This document shows, piece after piece, positions 10,572 through 23,264 of a stretch of DNA of 64,000 nucleotides; positions within the stretch are counted from its first letter, which is position 1, and every line of letters begins with the position of its first letter. The notes under the pieces were generated by a model. That model saw only the letters and a list, made by a program, of their open reading frames with translations, was not told the origin of the DNA and made no database searches. The stretch is taken from the NCBI GenBank assembly GCA_964199315.1, contig OZ116699.1, positions 30,380,001 through 30,444,000 on the forward strand. Direction: 5' to 3'. The translations under genes were made by a program, and so were the position numbers. Origin of the DNA: Orbicella franksi. Its lineage: Eukaryota.

Positions 10572-13023
10572 CTAAAATAGCCATGCCATAGACTGTCCCA
10601 TGAGTCTGCGATTTATTTCTTGAAGTGCTCGAGAAAATCGCGCGGCTTCATCTTCAGGGGACTGAAAAAGAGCACTGTAACTGTCTTGTGTAAGCCTTAG
10701 ATTTCCTTTCTTTCTTTTTCCTTTGGTTCTCCTAGGTGTCCTAGAAGAGGGCAGGGTTGGACGGCTCTTTTTAGGCTTTACAACGATCTGAGACAAAAAG
10801 AAATGACAAACGGTTTGATGTCATCTAACGTGGGTATAGGAAAGTTTTCCGGGTAGAAATAAAGGTTTGGCCTTTTTACTAGCCTGTGAACAGGTTCTCT
10901 AGTCGAAGACGGGGCGAAGAGAAAGCGGAAAGAAAGAAGAAGAGAGAGGAGCGGAGAGCCGTTCAGCCGTGTTGTAAATAACCTGTCCTCATAAAGTAAA
11001 AGAAGCGTAAAGTGCATTAATTGGGACGACTGTACAGGAGAATTCTACGGACGTTACGGCTCGACTGGTTCTTATCTTCTACTTATCCTAGCCAATATAG
11101 TCATATAAACGGGAGGGAAAAAGAAACGTTCCGGCGTCACGTTCATATATCTGACAAGCTGTTTGCATTTGTAAACGTTTGCAGCGGTCATAACATATAC
11201 CCGGAAGCGTTTGGCGTGACATGTACTGTCACACCACATTACCTGCTTCTCGCTGTCACCATCAGTTGAGTCCGAGTCACTACTAGGTCTATTAGCTTTG
11301 TTCTCTTCAGTGAGTTTCGATCGTTTGGCTTCCAGTCTCGTGTAAAGACTTGCACGATATTCTAGAGAAAATGGAGGCGTTATGGTAAAGATCATTTCAC
11401 AAAACAAGGACCCGAAAGAAAAGTGAAAGCCTAGTATTTCGTATCGGCTAATTTATCCGTGAGTGATGACTTTCTCTGTCAATCACAACTTTCCGAGTTA
11501 CCTTGTGCCTCTGTTTCAAAACGAGTCTTTGTGCAAAACCTGTCATATGAAGATGAGTTTGATTGATGTAGGCGGACAGAAACAACAGGAAAAAGGCAAC
11601 TCAGAAATGGCCTATTGGTTAATCTTAGTCCAGGAATCTACTAGCCAATCAAATCATTTGTCTCCGGGGCCAACTTTTCCTTGTCCCAAGGCCCCCCGGC
11701 TAAGAGGGACAAGCGGCTCTACGGACTGGTTGTCAAGAGTGTGTACAGTTGTCTCACACCGCGCGCCAACTAAAGGCAAGTGTTTCAGCCGCCGCTGCAC
11801 GTTCTGAGCGCATCATGCACTACACAGCAAGGTTCAGCTTGTCATACACACATGATAACTAGGGGTTTTCATCTCCTTTTGTCCTTAAGAAATGCCTCAG
11901 AAGCAAAGCAACAGCAACGGGTCGCTGCAGAGAAAGAAGAAACAAAACGTCCAGACCAGGGCACAAAGTACAAAGACAAGATTATTTCTGGTGAGCTTTT
12001 TCTTGGATATAAAGAGTTCATTGCAGATTCTACCACAGTTTGCACAGGGCACGCAGTATCTACCTGTACCTGGCTTATTTTATAACTGTTGCTTACATAA
12101 CACTACCTGAAAATCTCTTGCCTCCAATCTGACGAATATCTTCAAACACGTGGCCACAGGTGCAAATCTGCAAAGTTCCTAAAACCTAACAGTAAACAGA
12201 AAAATAAACATGTCTTAAATCATCTCTCGTATTTGAGCTTTAAGCTGTAGTTACAGATCAGTTTGAGAGAAACACTACCCTAAACATGTATATTCCGAAT
12301 CTGAACGACAACTAACTACCGAACTGTTTTGAATAACGATAGACCTTTGAAGAAACCTGCAATTTCTGAAGACATCATAATAGTTTCTCGCTTACAAGAA
12401 ACACTGAGATTTTTCTTTTGCTCCGTCGCAAACACAAGGCCGGACTGGTGATATGTAACCGAATGAGAATACTGAAATTCATTTCAAAGTCGCGCAGCCT
12501 TACACGTCACTGTTGCAAAGAGTATCGATGAGTCATCGATATTAAAGTCGTTCAGCGTGTTGGGACGACAATGACTTACTAAAGGCGTTTGAGCTGTTGA
12601 AGTCTATTACTCCTAAGTATTAGGTAACTAAGGTTTCAAAATCGGTGTAATTATTCACGCTTTCGCACAAAAGCACGACAGTGTCTAGATGATGTTCACG
12701 TAACAATGGCTGTTTTAAAACAATCACGGGGCGAAAACATCCCAAATAAAAGTCTAGATTGCATGGAAAATACGACTGATACTTCTTTGACTCTCAGATC
12801 AGCCAGTCTTCCAAACCCTCGACCTTCGAAATCACCGTCCCAATTTCAACTGTGACTCGGATACGAAGAACACAAGCACACTCGTGACTATTACGTATAT
12901 CAATGCAGAGATTTAAACTCCAAAGCGACTTGGAGAACACAAATGTATATTCAGCGCTTTTTAAACTCATTCTCCCTGAGAACTCACCGTGGTGTTACAA
13001 GCAAGGCACTGTCTAAGAACCAT
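10572..13023 (-). CDS. UPF0547/C16orf87-like protein, paralogue C (149 aa)
   Basis: complement(join(10572..10787,11243..11361,12107..12185,12988..13023)): MVLRQCLACNTT|VLGTLQICTCGHVFEDIRQIGGKRFS|EYRASLYTRLEAKR...|...AARFSRALQEINRRLMGQSMAWLF*. GT-AG introns, phases 0,1,0. Confidence 0.9.
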
Positions 13024-14213
13024 ACTGGTAGCTTATGTAGTTTTAACGCCGGCTGGCGTGTTGCTGTGCCTGGTGCAGAAGTTAAAGGAAGGATGTTGTT
13101 CATGCAACTTTATTTGAAGCACTTGTATTGGAGTGGTATGTCACGTGCACATCACACAACGTGTTAGTCACGTTCAGTTCAGCTGATTGGTTGGGACAAT
13201 TTTACAATTTCAACCGCAATTATTTTAGTTTTTCTCTAATAAATATAGGTAGGAATATGTCTGATTTATCATATACAGTACAGGGTCTTCCTTCCTAAAG
13301 AAGATTTGAGCTTTTCCCTATATATATATCATCACTAAGGTAGTAATACATTTGAAAACTTCACGTGCTTTAGCGAAACTCACTCACGGATTAAGTTTTT
13401 AAATTTTCAGTGTTCGCAACAATTCCTAGCAGAACCTTTCCGAGCTTGCAGATATTTTATTACGTCAGTGTGGCCACTAAAAGCAAACTTCTTATGTTAA
13501 CCCGTTCCCCTTGGTGAAATTCCATAAAATTATGTCAGAACGGTTATAATTATTTTTCTTTACTTAAGGCTCGTTTCTCAGCAAATCTATTTCGCCAGTT
13601 CTTAAACAGAGAGGAAAAAACACAAAGTAAAAAAGGAGAAAGTGCCTGTTAACCTTCCCCCCTGGTGGACCCCCATCCACCCTTCTTGTTTAGTGAATCA
13701 TCTGGCCTGAATCACAATATTAAGGTCACATCATAACACTATTTTATTATTGCTCAAATTGAAAAGTTATAGTGATCTGGGAGTAAAAAACTGCTTTTAA
13801 AGTCGGACACTGGCGCATGCCACGTCATGAAGGATCTTCATCCGAGGCAGCCACCTAAAAGCCCCCATCCTTTTTTTATCAAAGAAAATTAGCTAAAATT
13901 ACTGATATCAATTCGGTTTGAAAGACCAGAGATATTAAGAAATTATGATGATGACCTTCGAAAATTAATAATCAATGATGCCAAAACCAGGTGAATAAAA
14001 TAAGAACACGGTGAAACAAGTTTTGTTCAATACTATGTCAATTGTTAAGCGAGTTTTCCACGTGATAAAGGGAAAATTCCTTTTAAGGGTGATTTTGAAA
14101 TGGTTCATGTTTCCCCACCCCAGGTAACATGATTGAGTATTGATTCCGAGTGTCGCGACCGCGCACAAATTTGGCAAGATCTCAGTGTCACACAGTAATG
14201 CTAATTTTAAATG

Positions 14214-14221
14214 TGACGTCA
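14214..14221. promoter_or_regulatory. CRE palindrome TGACGTCA upstream of paralogue D
   Basis: Exact 8-mer, 122 nt before the ATG at 14344. Confidence 0.5.
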
Positions 14222-14343
14222 CGGACCGTTTGGTTTATGCACATTCATTATTAAAAGACTTTCAAAACAAACTGCAGCACTGGCGCAGTATCCGTCGTTA
14301 AGGAAGTGTAAAAGATCATACAGGCTATAAAACCAACTGAAAA

Positions 14344-16539
14344 ATGGTCCTTCAACAGTGCTTGGCCTGCAATCATTTGGTGAGTTAACGTTTGGATTGT
14401 TTACAATAGATTTCGTCCTTTATACACGAATTTTACCCATGGTCACACAGTATCCCGAGGTGTTCTGTTCATAAAGCCACTAGATTTTACTTTGCATGAG
14501 TCACATAAACATTGCATCATTTCCATGAAAAGAAACTAACAGAAAGGCTTGATTTGGTCATTACGTTTACCGTAGCGAGTACCAATGCAGCTATTATTTG
14601 TGATGCGGATTTTCTGTACTATCTATCATTATATGTGCGAATTTCGAATCGAATTTCATGGTCTATTTCTTTTAGAAGCAGATTCGATCAGTTTTCCATG
14701 AAGAAGGAAGAACAAATATAATAGAATCGTGATTATAGCCCTGCTGAATCAGCTTGTTTTTTTTGAAAAATTACGAGCTCAGCAATATATGTTTTAAGCA
14801 AACCTACAGCCGAAAAGCGGCAATGATTGCATAACAATGCAAGATCATGCTGACTTTTTGCGTGAAATTCTCCGAGTTTCCTATCCAGGCGCAAGGTCCA
14901 AGTCGATCGATCTGAATCATTAACGAGGCGATTTGTAGTTGCCCCGTCACATATAGTGACGGTACATGTGTTTTGGCTGTCAAGTAGTCAAAGTAGGGTC
15001 ACAAGTTGAAAGAGCTATACCATGTCACGATAAACGTTAGCTCAGTTGAGATGAACAAAACTACCTTAGATTTAAACTAACAATAAATTCCACAGGTAAC
15101 AAATCACCAAAGAGGGGTAAATAAATCAAATAAAAACAAGGCTAAATTGAGACGGCTCAAAAACGACCAACCGTCTTAATTTCGTGAGGTTTTTTTGGGG
15201 GGGGGGATGGGGGGGTTGGCGCCCTCCATTAGATTCCAATTCATACAGCGTTATTTTTCTGTAGATGACTGAATTGTCACGAGCATGTGTTTTTGGTCAC
15301 GTGTTTGAAGAAGCAAGCCGTTTCATTAGTGGCAAAAGATTTTCAGGTAAACATGTTTGGCTGATCTGATGGCATCTCGCGTAATACATTTCAAAATCAT
15401 ATTGTTGGAGAATGGCATGATCTCTTCAGTGATCATTTTATTTCCATGAGTCACTCTATTTGTCTGAACTTTGCTTATTGATTTTATACTTAAAACAGAA
15501 TACCGTGCCAAACTGTATTCTCGTCTGGAAACTAAGAAAATGAAGAGAAAAGCTGTAGAAAACGGACCAAAGGGGAGTAACTGCATTCCTTCGCATTCAG
15601 TCAGCAATCCAATGGTATTGAGCAGCTGAACTTTATGTTTAAAGTTTGTTGTTTGTTGACTTTGTTAACGCGCAGTTTCTAATGGTTGGAACGCCCAACT
15701 TGGTGACTGCATGGTCGCCAGACGCCGGTTGGAGTGTCTTGTCATCAGTGTTCGCGTCCTTCTTATTTAGTCAGCGGCTGTCAGAATGTAGAGGGAGAAG
15801 TACTGGGTACAACCTGAGCTCCCGGACTGATCGTTATTCTGCGCAGTTACGTACCAGACGAAGAGACTGCCATAGTCTCTTGGCTAGACTGAGTGTAGTT
15901 GGCAAATTGTTGCAGGAAACCTGGCGGTGAACATTCTGACACGAGAAACACTACAACCATAAAATGTACAGGTTGCCTCCCAGTCGAGAACAATATAGAG
16001 ACAGGCGTGACAACAAGCATCTGATACTCCCAATCCCCACACCGGGTCCCCACCCTTTCCTGTTTGTATATTTTGCCTGAGTGATACATGAGACATGATC
16101 ATTTCTAGTAGTTATGCCGTTTGATGTGTTGTGTGCTTGCAATTAAGGCCAGCATGAAGAAAACTAAGCTGCATGGTAAAACAAAAGCTCTTTAAAATTA
16201 AACAAAAAATCCGCTGACAAAAGTCGATATTTCAACTTAATGCGTTTCTGTTGTTTCTCCCAGAACCTGACCGCGACACGCAGACGATCAGCACGGCGAA
16301 AGAATTCAGACAAAAGCAAAAGAAGAAAACGATATCCTCTGATGCAGATGAATCGCTCCACGAGGCTGAAACAGCAACCAAATATGGGGAAAATTGTATC
16401 AGCACAGCTCTTGAGTAGGTTGCCAAATGCTCTCAGAGAAATAAACCGAAGGATATTCGTTCAGAATATTATGTGGCTGGAGTTACAGACGGAGTTAAGA
16501 AAAAGGAGTTTGAGGGCAAATCTCAGAATAAACCCATAA
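14344..16539 (+). CDS. UPF0547/C16orf87-like protein, paralogue D (169 aa)
   Basis: join(14344..14379,15265..15346,15499..15614,16264..16539): MVLQQCLACNHL|MTELSRACVFGHVFEEASRFISGKRFS|EYRAKLYSRLETKK...|...LLSRLPNALREINRRIFVQNIMWLEL...*. GT-AG introns, phases 0,1,0. Confidence 0.9.
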
Positions 16540-19528
16540 GAATAGCTGGAAACGCGGTTTTTTCAGCGGCTTGTAATATGCAACGGAAATATTCATGACA
16601 ACGGCCGTCGCCAGACAGAGAACAGGAAATAACCGAGATTGTGCTGAGCAGAAGCAGTAAACGATCGAAATATCCAGTTAACCCCGATTGGTGTATACTT
16701 ACATACTGCATGTCGTGAAATGACAATAATTCAAGTGTGATGATATTTGGGAGATTTGATTTACGTCAAGAAGAGAAAAGAATGTATATTTTGTCTCCTT
16801 ATTAAGATAAAACAAGGGTTTGGAACCGGCAAAGGGGATTTGTTTTCGAAAGCTATCGTTTTACGATAAAGTGCCGTTTTACACAGTATAGAACTGGTTC
16901 GAAAAACAGGATTAGCCGTTCGATGTATGCTTTTAAAACAATTTTACCGTTAATTACCAATCGGGAAAATAGGTACCATCTGAAGTCCTCTTGGTACCAT
17001 CTGTATCACAATAAGGTTGAGAGAACACGTCCATAATCATGAGTAAAAAGAGTTAGAAAGGATGGAAATAAACTGAGTAAGCGAAACTAACTTGTTATCA
17101 GAACTTTTTATAACATAGCGCGCGCGCTGGTCCTATCTGGTAAAAATTTCCATTTACCCATGGCCGTGCGTAAATAACACAAGTGTCGGCAATGTGGGCT
17201 GAACAATCCAAACCCTGACGGTTTCGAGCCTTTGACTTTTGACTTTTGTTAAGATCTTTTGGGTATTTTGACTTTTGCCTTCATTTTCATTGGGTATCAT
17301 TTGTTTGCCTCCGCAAGCGAATCTTTCATTGTCAAGTTTAGAAACCAGACTCAGCTGACTGTGGCGTGTTTTTAACCAGGCAATAGGATCCTTTGTTTTC
17401 CTTCATCGTGCATTGTGAGAACTTTGTAGTCAATCACAAGTAAAACATGTTTTAGTGCCCAAGTTGTGGTCGCGATGTTATAAAAGAATTGGTTCATGCT
17501 TTTAGCTGTGCATATTTCGTGTTATGAATGCACTTGGGAAGTTTGGAGAGCACTCAAGAAGCAAGAATTGTTCTCGGCTGCGCCTCGAGCAACTTTTACG
17601 CTTCTCTCGTGCTCTCCAAACTTCCCGCGTGTATTCATAACTCGATATACGAATGCTAAGTAGTCTCCTACGCACATCCGGGATACTTCCTTCCTCTGCT
17701 CAACAATTGGCGATGATATCATTAATCATCCCTATTACGTCACAATCATGTGATAACGGACGAGATTGCGATAAAAAGCTGATCAATGCTTGGGTCAGCA
17801 AGAAATATCATGCCTTGTAGCATAACTATTTCACTGAGGGATTGTCATTTTGATGTCCAACCATGGTCTTTGAACAATGCATAGCGTGTAATGTGTTGGT
17901 AAGTTCTTATGAATTGAGTGTTCTTAAGGTGAAATGAAGTCTCCCTAACGCCATTTTAATGACCAATTAATGAATTATTGGTCATGATTCATGAGAATGT
18001 CTTGAAAGGAAATTTTTGTTTGCTTGATCGATTCTGCCTGAAAGATTTGCTTATTGAGTGAATCATATAACTCAGTGTCGTGTACAAAGAAAAAAGGCCC
18101 CTCAATCAGACTGTAATATGATATTCTAAACTACTCTTCTTCTACATCTGGGTACACTGACGCACTCTCGCGGTCTACTATGTTTGTCTTCAAGCTTATA
18201 TTTGCAACACGCTGATATTTTTAGTGTATCGATCACAAAGGCGCAAGCATTCTTAGTTTCTCGTCACGATCTGTTGAACACTTCATAACACACGCCTTGT
18301 CACGCCTCCTTTTGTGTGCTGATAAACTTCAGGATGGATTAAATTCCAAGTAAACGAGAAGGTTCATTCTGCGGTTATAGTAAACACATTAAGGGATAAC
18401 CGCAAGTTAACGAACAAAATGAAAAGAAAAAGAAGTGCCAAATAACGCAACAATAGGCGGCGTCATGCTATTCCATTTGGTCCCGGATTTAGTGTTGTCG
18501 AGCTGGAAGCAGAATGTCAAGGGCTAAATGACCGGAAACAAATGGGATTTTTGTCTTTTAAAAATAGATCGGAAGTCTGAAATTTTGAATTTTTCTAAAA
18601 GCTGTTACTTAATAGTTTATTCCTTTGGAGTAGCTGGAGGTGACTTTACGACTGTTAGTATCAGAGAAATTCAAGAATAGGGATATCTCTTCCCGTGTCC
18701 TTGTTCCTTAACGAAATTGCGAGAGAAGAATACCCCTGAAATGTCCAAGTTTGGGTTACACCATGAAACTTTGTCAACTACTTATCATTTGAAAAATCAC
18801 TAAACAAAATAAACTCAATTGTCCTTTTAGGAAAAAAGGATCTAATGTAAATCATATTGAAACCAATGCTTTGTGCTATAAAGCTAGGTTTTTTTTATAG
18901 TGTACCATGTTTGTCGTTTTTTGAGATGCTTAAATTTGTTTTACGATTTAGAAATTTTGGTTTTGAACAAACAAACTAACTCGTGATTTTCTTGGTAAGA
19001 ATGGAAACAGACTTGCTTCGTGTTTTAACAACAAAGAGTAAAATGCTAACAATAAGGATCACCGGAGAAACAAGTCAACGCTTCAAAAGTTTGTTTTATT
19101 TGCAAAATTTCTTTGACAATGGCACCTGTAAAGCCGACAACTCTAGGCTACAAAAATAACTGGCTTTCGTATTTGTATTGGTTCCAGCCTGTATTAAAAA
19201 TAAGGTAATTTAAGCGATTAGAAATTCAGGAGGCAAGAAAGTTAAGCTATTCACCACCCAAAAACCGGTGCTGAAGTTCGCTGAAATCAGTTTTGCCCAG
19301 GAAGGAGTTGCTTGTACTCCTAGCCAAGGTGAAGTGTTAAATCTTCTCTGATCCCTCTTCTACGAATAAAAACTAAACGAAATTATCAATATCGAAAGTG
19401 CTAGAGGCCTTCCACGAACAAAAGCGGCCAAACCCATCGATTGAGAAGGGTTTGGAGTATGCCTTTTGCCGAACAGCTAACAAACACCTCCACACCTGTC
19501 TCGTTTCAAATCTATTCAAGTTAAGCAG

Positions 19529-19536
19529 TGACGTCA
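19529..19536. promoter_or_regulatory. CRE palindrome TGACGTCA upstream of paralogue E
   Basis: Exact 8-mer, 111 nt before the ATG at 19648. Confidence 0.5.
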
Positions 19537-19647
19537 TTCAGCACAGAGGTAAACTGGCTTGTGGCATATTATTAATGCGTGTGAAGTGAATCAGTGAGTC
19601 GCTGAAGCCAAGGAATACTCTCCTAAAGGTTCACTTGCCTACAAACA

Positions 19648-21330
19648 ATGGTCGTTCAACAGTGTTTGGCCTGTAATTCAGTGGTAAGACAAATTCAAAT
19701 TGCTGTTCAGAGCTTATCTTGGTCAAAACCGCTTTCCGCAGCTGTAGACTAAATATTCAAATTCGACGTAGTTTGCTAATTTTCATATTGTCTTCCAACG
19801 TGACAAATCTCTTCTCTTTCGCACAGCGTCATCACTAAGTTCTTGTGAAAATCTTCTTTACAGTTTCTTTAAGAGGTTTTCTTTACCAGAAGAAGCTTAT
19901 CTCAGACAGTTTTGGACACAAACATTTCAATCGTCCTCATCTAGTTACGAGAAGCGTAGGTGGAAGTATCTAGACGGTCCGCCCTTCCTGGCGACGACAA
20001 ACGCGAGCGCGTGCTTCAATGTAAGGGGCTACACAAGTCGCATGCACTAGGCTAGCGATTCTTTCACTTACAGGATAGCCTTGTGGTCAAATTAAACCTT
20101 GGAATAAAAGTCTGAAATAGTACAGAAACACACAAGAAATTTTACGAAGCCGTACAGAAGAGCTGATGGTCACAATTTGGGAACAGATTGAGACAAAATG
20201 AATTCTGAGTTCCGGACGATGAAAATTGTCATGCAATCGTAGGCAGCGAAAAAGACTAAAAGCTCGGGCTACATATGTGAAGCTTGAAACACAAAAATGG
20301 TTGTAAAACCTTTATCTTCTTTTAATATGTTAAAATTGAGCAGCTCTTCTTTGCATTAAAGGTGTAACTCACGGTCAGATGACATTTGATTGAGTGATCT
20401 GTCTTACCAGCGTTTTTGTAAGTGATTGATATTCTTTCAATGAGTGCATTTTGTTTCCTTAGAAGACTGACTCGGGTACAACATGTGTATGTGGTCACGT
20501 GTTCGAGAACTCGAAACAGATTGGCGGAAAGAGGTTTTCAGGTAAGGCTAAAACCTTGTTACTTCACACAGGACCAGAAGAAAGAAAAAAGATGGATCTT
20601 AGCTTCAATTTTTGAAAATATAAAAGAAACTAACCACACTTCGTGGAAGTTACTTTTCCATAGCTTTTTTTTTTATCGCAAAGGCCTTTTCAACCCTTTT
20701 ACACAACATAATAAACACCGCCACGTGATAATTGAGCTAAAGGCAGGCAGTTTCATCTTGAGGCTTGAACTGACTGAGTTAGAAGTACATCTTCAACGCA
20801 GTATATATACAACATTAGCGACCTTCAGATCGGACGGAGTACGAGATTTGAGGTCGGCTTTTCAAGCGTTGTTCATAAACGTTCCACCAACACCTGTCGT
20901 TAGCGTCAGTCCCCCTTATCACTGGTCAGCAACAGGGAGAAGTGAAGACTCTCTTAACATAACTGAATTGAAATTGGAAAGTTCTCTTCGTTGTCCATCT
21001 CCTATGCGTTCGCAGCTATTTGAGCTCAATGCAAACGTGTAACTTTCAATTCCAAAAGTTTATACGGCATAAATTAAATGGGGTTTACACACTCGTCACA
21101 AACTTAAAGCATCATAGAACGGCATATTGTGGGAGAAAGGATCAAAGCTGAGTACTAAGAGCTAAGCTAAGATTCTTTTCATTCTATCAGCTGGTGTTCT
21201 CGCGCGATTTTCCCAGCTGAAGTCCACGTTACGACACAAGATAATATAGTTTGTGTTTCTTTGAATTTCGGGCTGGTCGCCTTAAGCATTGCACTATCAT
21301 GTTATTGATATAGTTTTCCTCATATTTCCG

Positions 21331-21361
<31 letters not shown>

Positions 21362-21859
21362 CTTTACAGAGTATCGAGCTGAACTGTATTCTCGTTTGGA
21401 AAAGAGGAGAATGAGGAAACTTACGCGGGAAAACAGAAAAGCAGGAAGCGACAAACAACGATCACAACCACTAAAAGAACGCAAGGTAATAAAAAAAGAA
21501 GAGACATAGAAAGGTACATAGAATGGAAAAAATGTTGAACAAATTTAGCTGCTAGGAAGGATTGACCTGTAATTGTAATCATTTCAGTGTAATTTAACTT
21601 CCAGACCAATACTACAAATGAAACTTGCGTGATTCGCTCATCCTTCAAACCCAGGACTCACACGGCATCTGCGAGATCAAAAGCATTCAACCGCAAGATA
21701 AAAACCAAAACATTTTCACGGCCAGCGGCAGACACTGTACCAAGCAAGACTGCCGTGCCGCCAGAACTAGTGTCCAGGCTTCCAGGTGCTCTACAGGAAA
21801 TAAACCGAAGATTGACAGGACAGAACTTGATGTGGTGGACGACACACTGGTTACAGTAA
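19648..21859 (+). CDS. UPF0547/C16orf87-like protein, paralogue E (161 aa)
   Basis: join(19648..19683,20463..20541,21370..21485,21605..21859): MVVQQCLACNSV|KTDSGTTCVCGHVFENSKQIGGKRFS|EYRAELYSRLEKRR...QPLKERK|...PELVSRLPGALQEINRRLTGQNLMWWTTHWLQ*. Confidence 0.9.
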
Positions 21860-22416
21860 AGAAGCATCTCTAGGCCTTTGTACATTTTGAATATTGAGTA
21901 TTTTAACTTGGTTCTGAACTTCAGCTCTGTATCGTACAAAGAGCGTCGATAGAGCCTCGAAATGCCACCATTAGCATTCATTCAGTGTCTTCATCAGTTC
22001 AGAATCGTTGATTACTCAGTTACATTGGCGGTGTATTTTAAATTAGTGTAAAGGGTTTATGGATGTATATATTTTTCTAAGTCAACACAGAATATATAAT
22101 GTTATCTTTCCTCTAAAATCATAAATGCCAAGGATTTTTAACTTATGAGAAACGGAGGGTTGTTCCTCTAAAACAAAAAGGTTGTTTTCTTTCTCTATCT
22201 TTTGAAATGCTAAGCATTTTCCTTTATCTATGAACTTGACCTTGTTAGAAGGTTTATCAACCTGTAACCGAAGATAAAAAAAATATTCACATGTCGTACG
22301 TGTTAATGTATTTGACAAACTGTAAATAAATTTTTGTTTCCTTCCAAAATATCAGTAAAAACCACAATAAACGCACCAGAGCTGGCTGCGTGTGACCACA
22401 CTTACAGGAAGTCGGA

Positions 22417-22580
22417 TAGCCTGCATAGCAAGCGTTCCCGCACAAAGAGCTTTTCCGCATTCTGACCGCGCGTAAATTGGAGCGAGAGGAAAAATTCGAC
22501 GAAGCAGGCGTCGAAAGAGCCTCGAAATGCCTAACGCGCGGCCAGAATGCGGAAAAGCTCTTCGCTTGCTAGGCAGGCTA
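22417..22580. repeat. Short TIR MITE
   Basis: Termini TAGCCTGC...GCAGGCTA, with an internal inverted segment (gagctttt(t)ccgcattctg / cagaatgcggaaaagctc). Confidence 0.7.
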
Positions 22581-22632
22581 GAAGCCGGAATGTACGAGTG
22601 TTACCGCAATTTTCTAAAATATGGAAAACAAA

Positions 22633-23264
22633 TTTGGAAATACAGTTAACGATAAAGATTAACGAAAAAACTGAGCAACGACGTTTCGGTGTCATCCTGG
22701 CACCATTTTCAAGTTAAAAAATATTTGTGCGAAAAGTAAATTAATTTATACCAATGGTAGAGGTGCGAAATTGAATAAATTAAGATTAAGATAGCTGTTC
22801 AATGTTCATGTTCATTCCGTCATCTTTACAAGCGCATTGAGGAACACCGATTTACCGCCATCGGAAAACACCTTCAAAATGAACACCGAGTTGATACAGT
22901 TGGTGACCTGACTAACAACTTTAAGATCCTAAAGAAATGTCAGGGAAAGTTCGATTGCTTGATCCACGAAATGTTGTGGATTCGCAAGAAGAAACCGAGC
23001 CTTAACACACAGTCAGACTCCATTCGCGCAAAAGTATTTGTTTAGGCTTTGAACAGACACTGAACTCATTACCAGTGTTTGACACCTCATTGGAATGAAC
23101 ATGAACATTGAACAGCTATCTTAATCTTAATTTATTCAATTTCGCACCTCTACCATTGGTATAAATTAATTTACTTTTCGCACAAATATTTTTTAACTTG
23201 AAAATGGTGCCAGGATGACACCGAACGGTCGTTGCTCAGTTTTTTCGTTAATCTTTATCGTTAA
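22633..23264 (+). mobile_element. Penelope-like element fragment: GIY-YIG C-terminus between inverted 173-bp pseudo-LTR arms
   Basis: 22818-23045 encodes RHLYKRIEEH...IGKHLQNEH...FKILKKCQGKFDCLIHEMLWIRKKKPSLNTQSDSIRAKVFV*, a Penelope GIY-YIG tail. Arms 22646-22818 and 23092-23264 are inverted and differ at about 2 positions. Candidate 12-bp TSD ATGGAAAACAAA at 22621-22632 and 23265-23276. Confidence 0.85.
22676..22716 (-). ncRNA. Minimal type I hammerhead-like ribozyme motif (atypical core) in the Penelope arm
   Basis: The minus strand reads UAAC-UUGAAAA-U-GGUGCCAGGAUGACACC-GAAACGUC-GUUG. Stem I is UAAC/GUUG, the core has a U3/A8 variant, stem II is GGUG...CACC, and GAAA-CG-UC gives a palindromic stem III. 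PLE pLTRs are known to carry minimal HHRs. Activity is untested. Confidence 0.6.

Noticed and set aside
15860-16060. Possible extra exon or ORFs in paralogue D intron 3
   Set aside because: There are multiple stops and only a weak resemblance to a decayed LINE endonuclease; the D model is complete without it.
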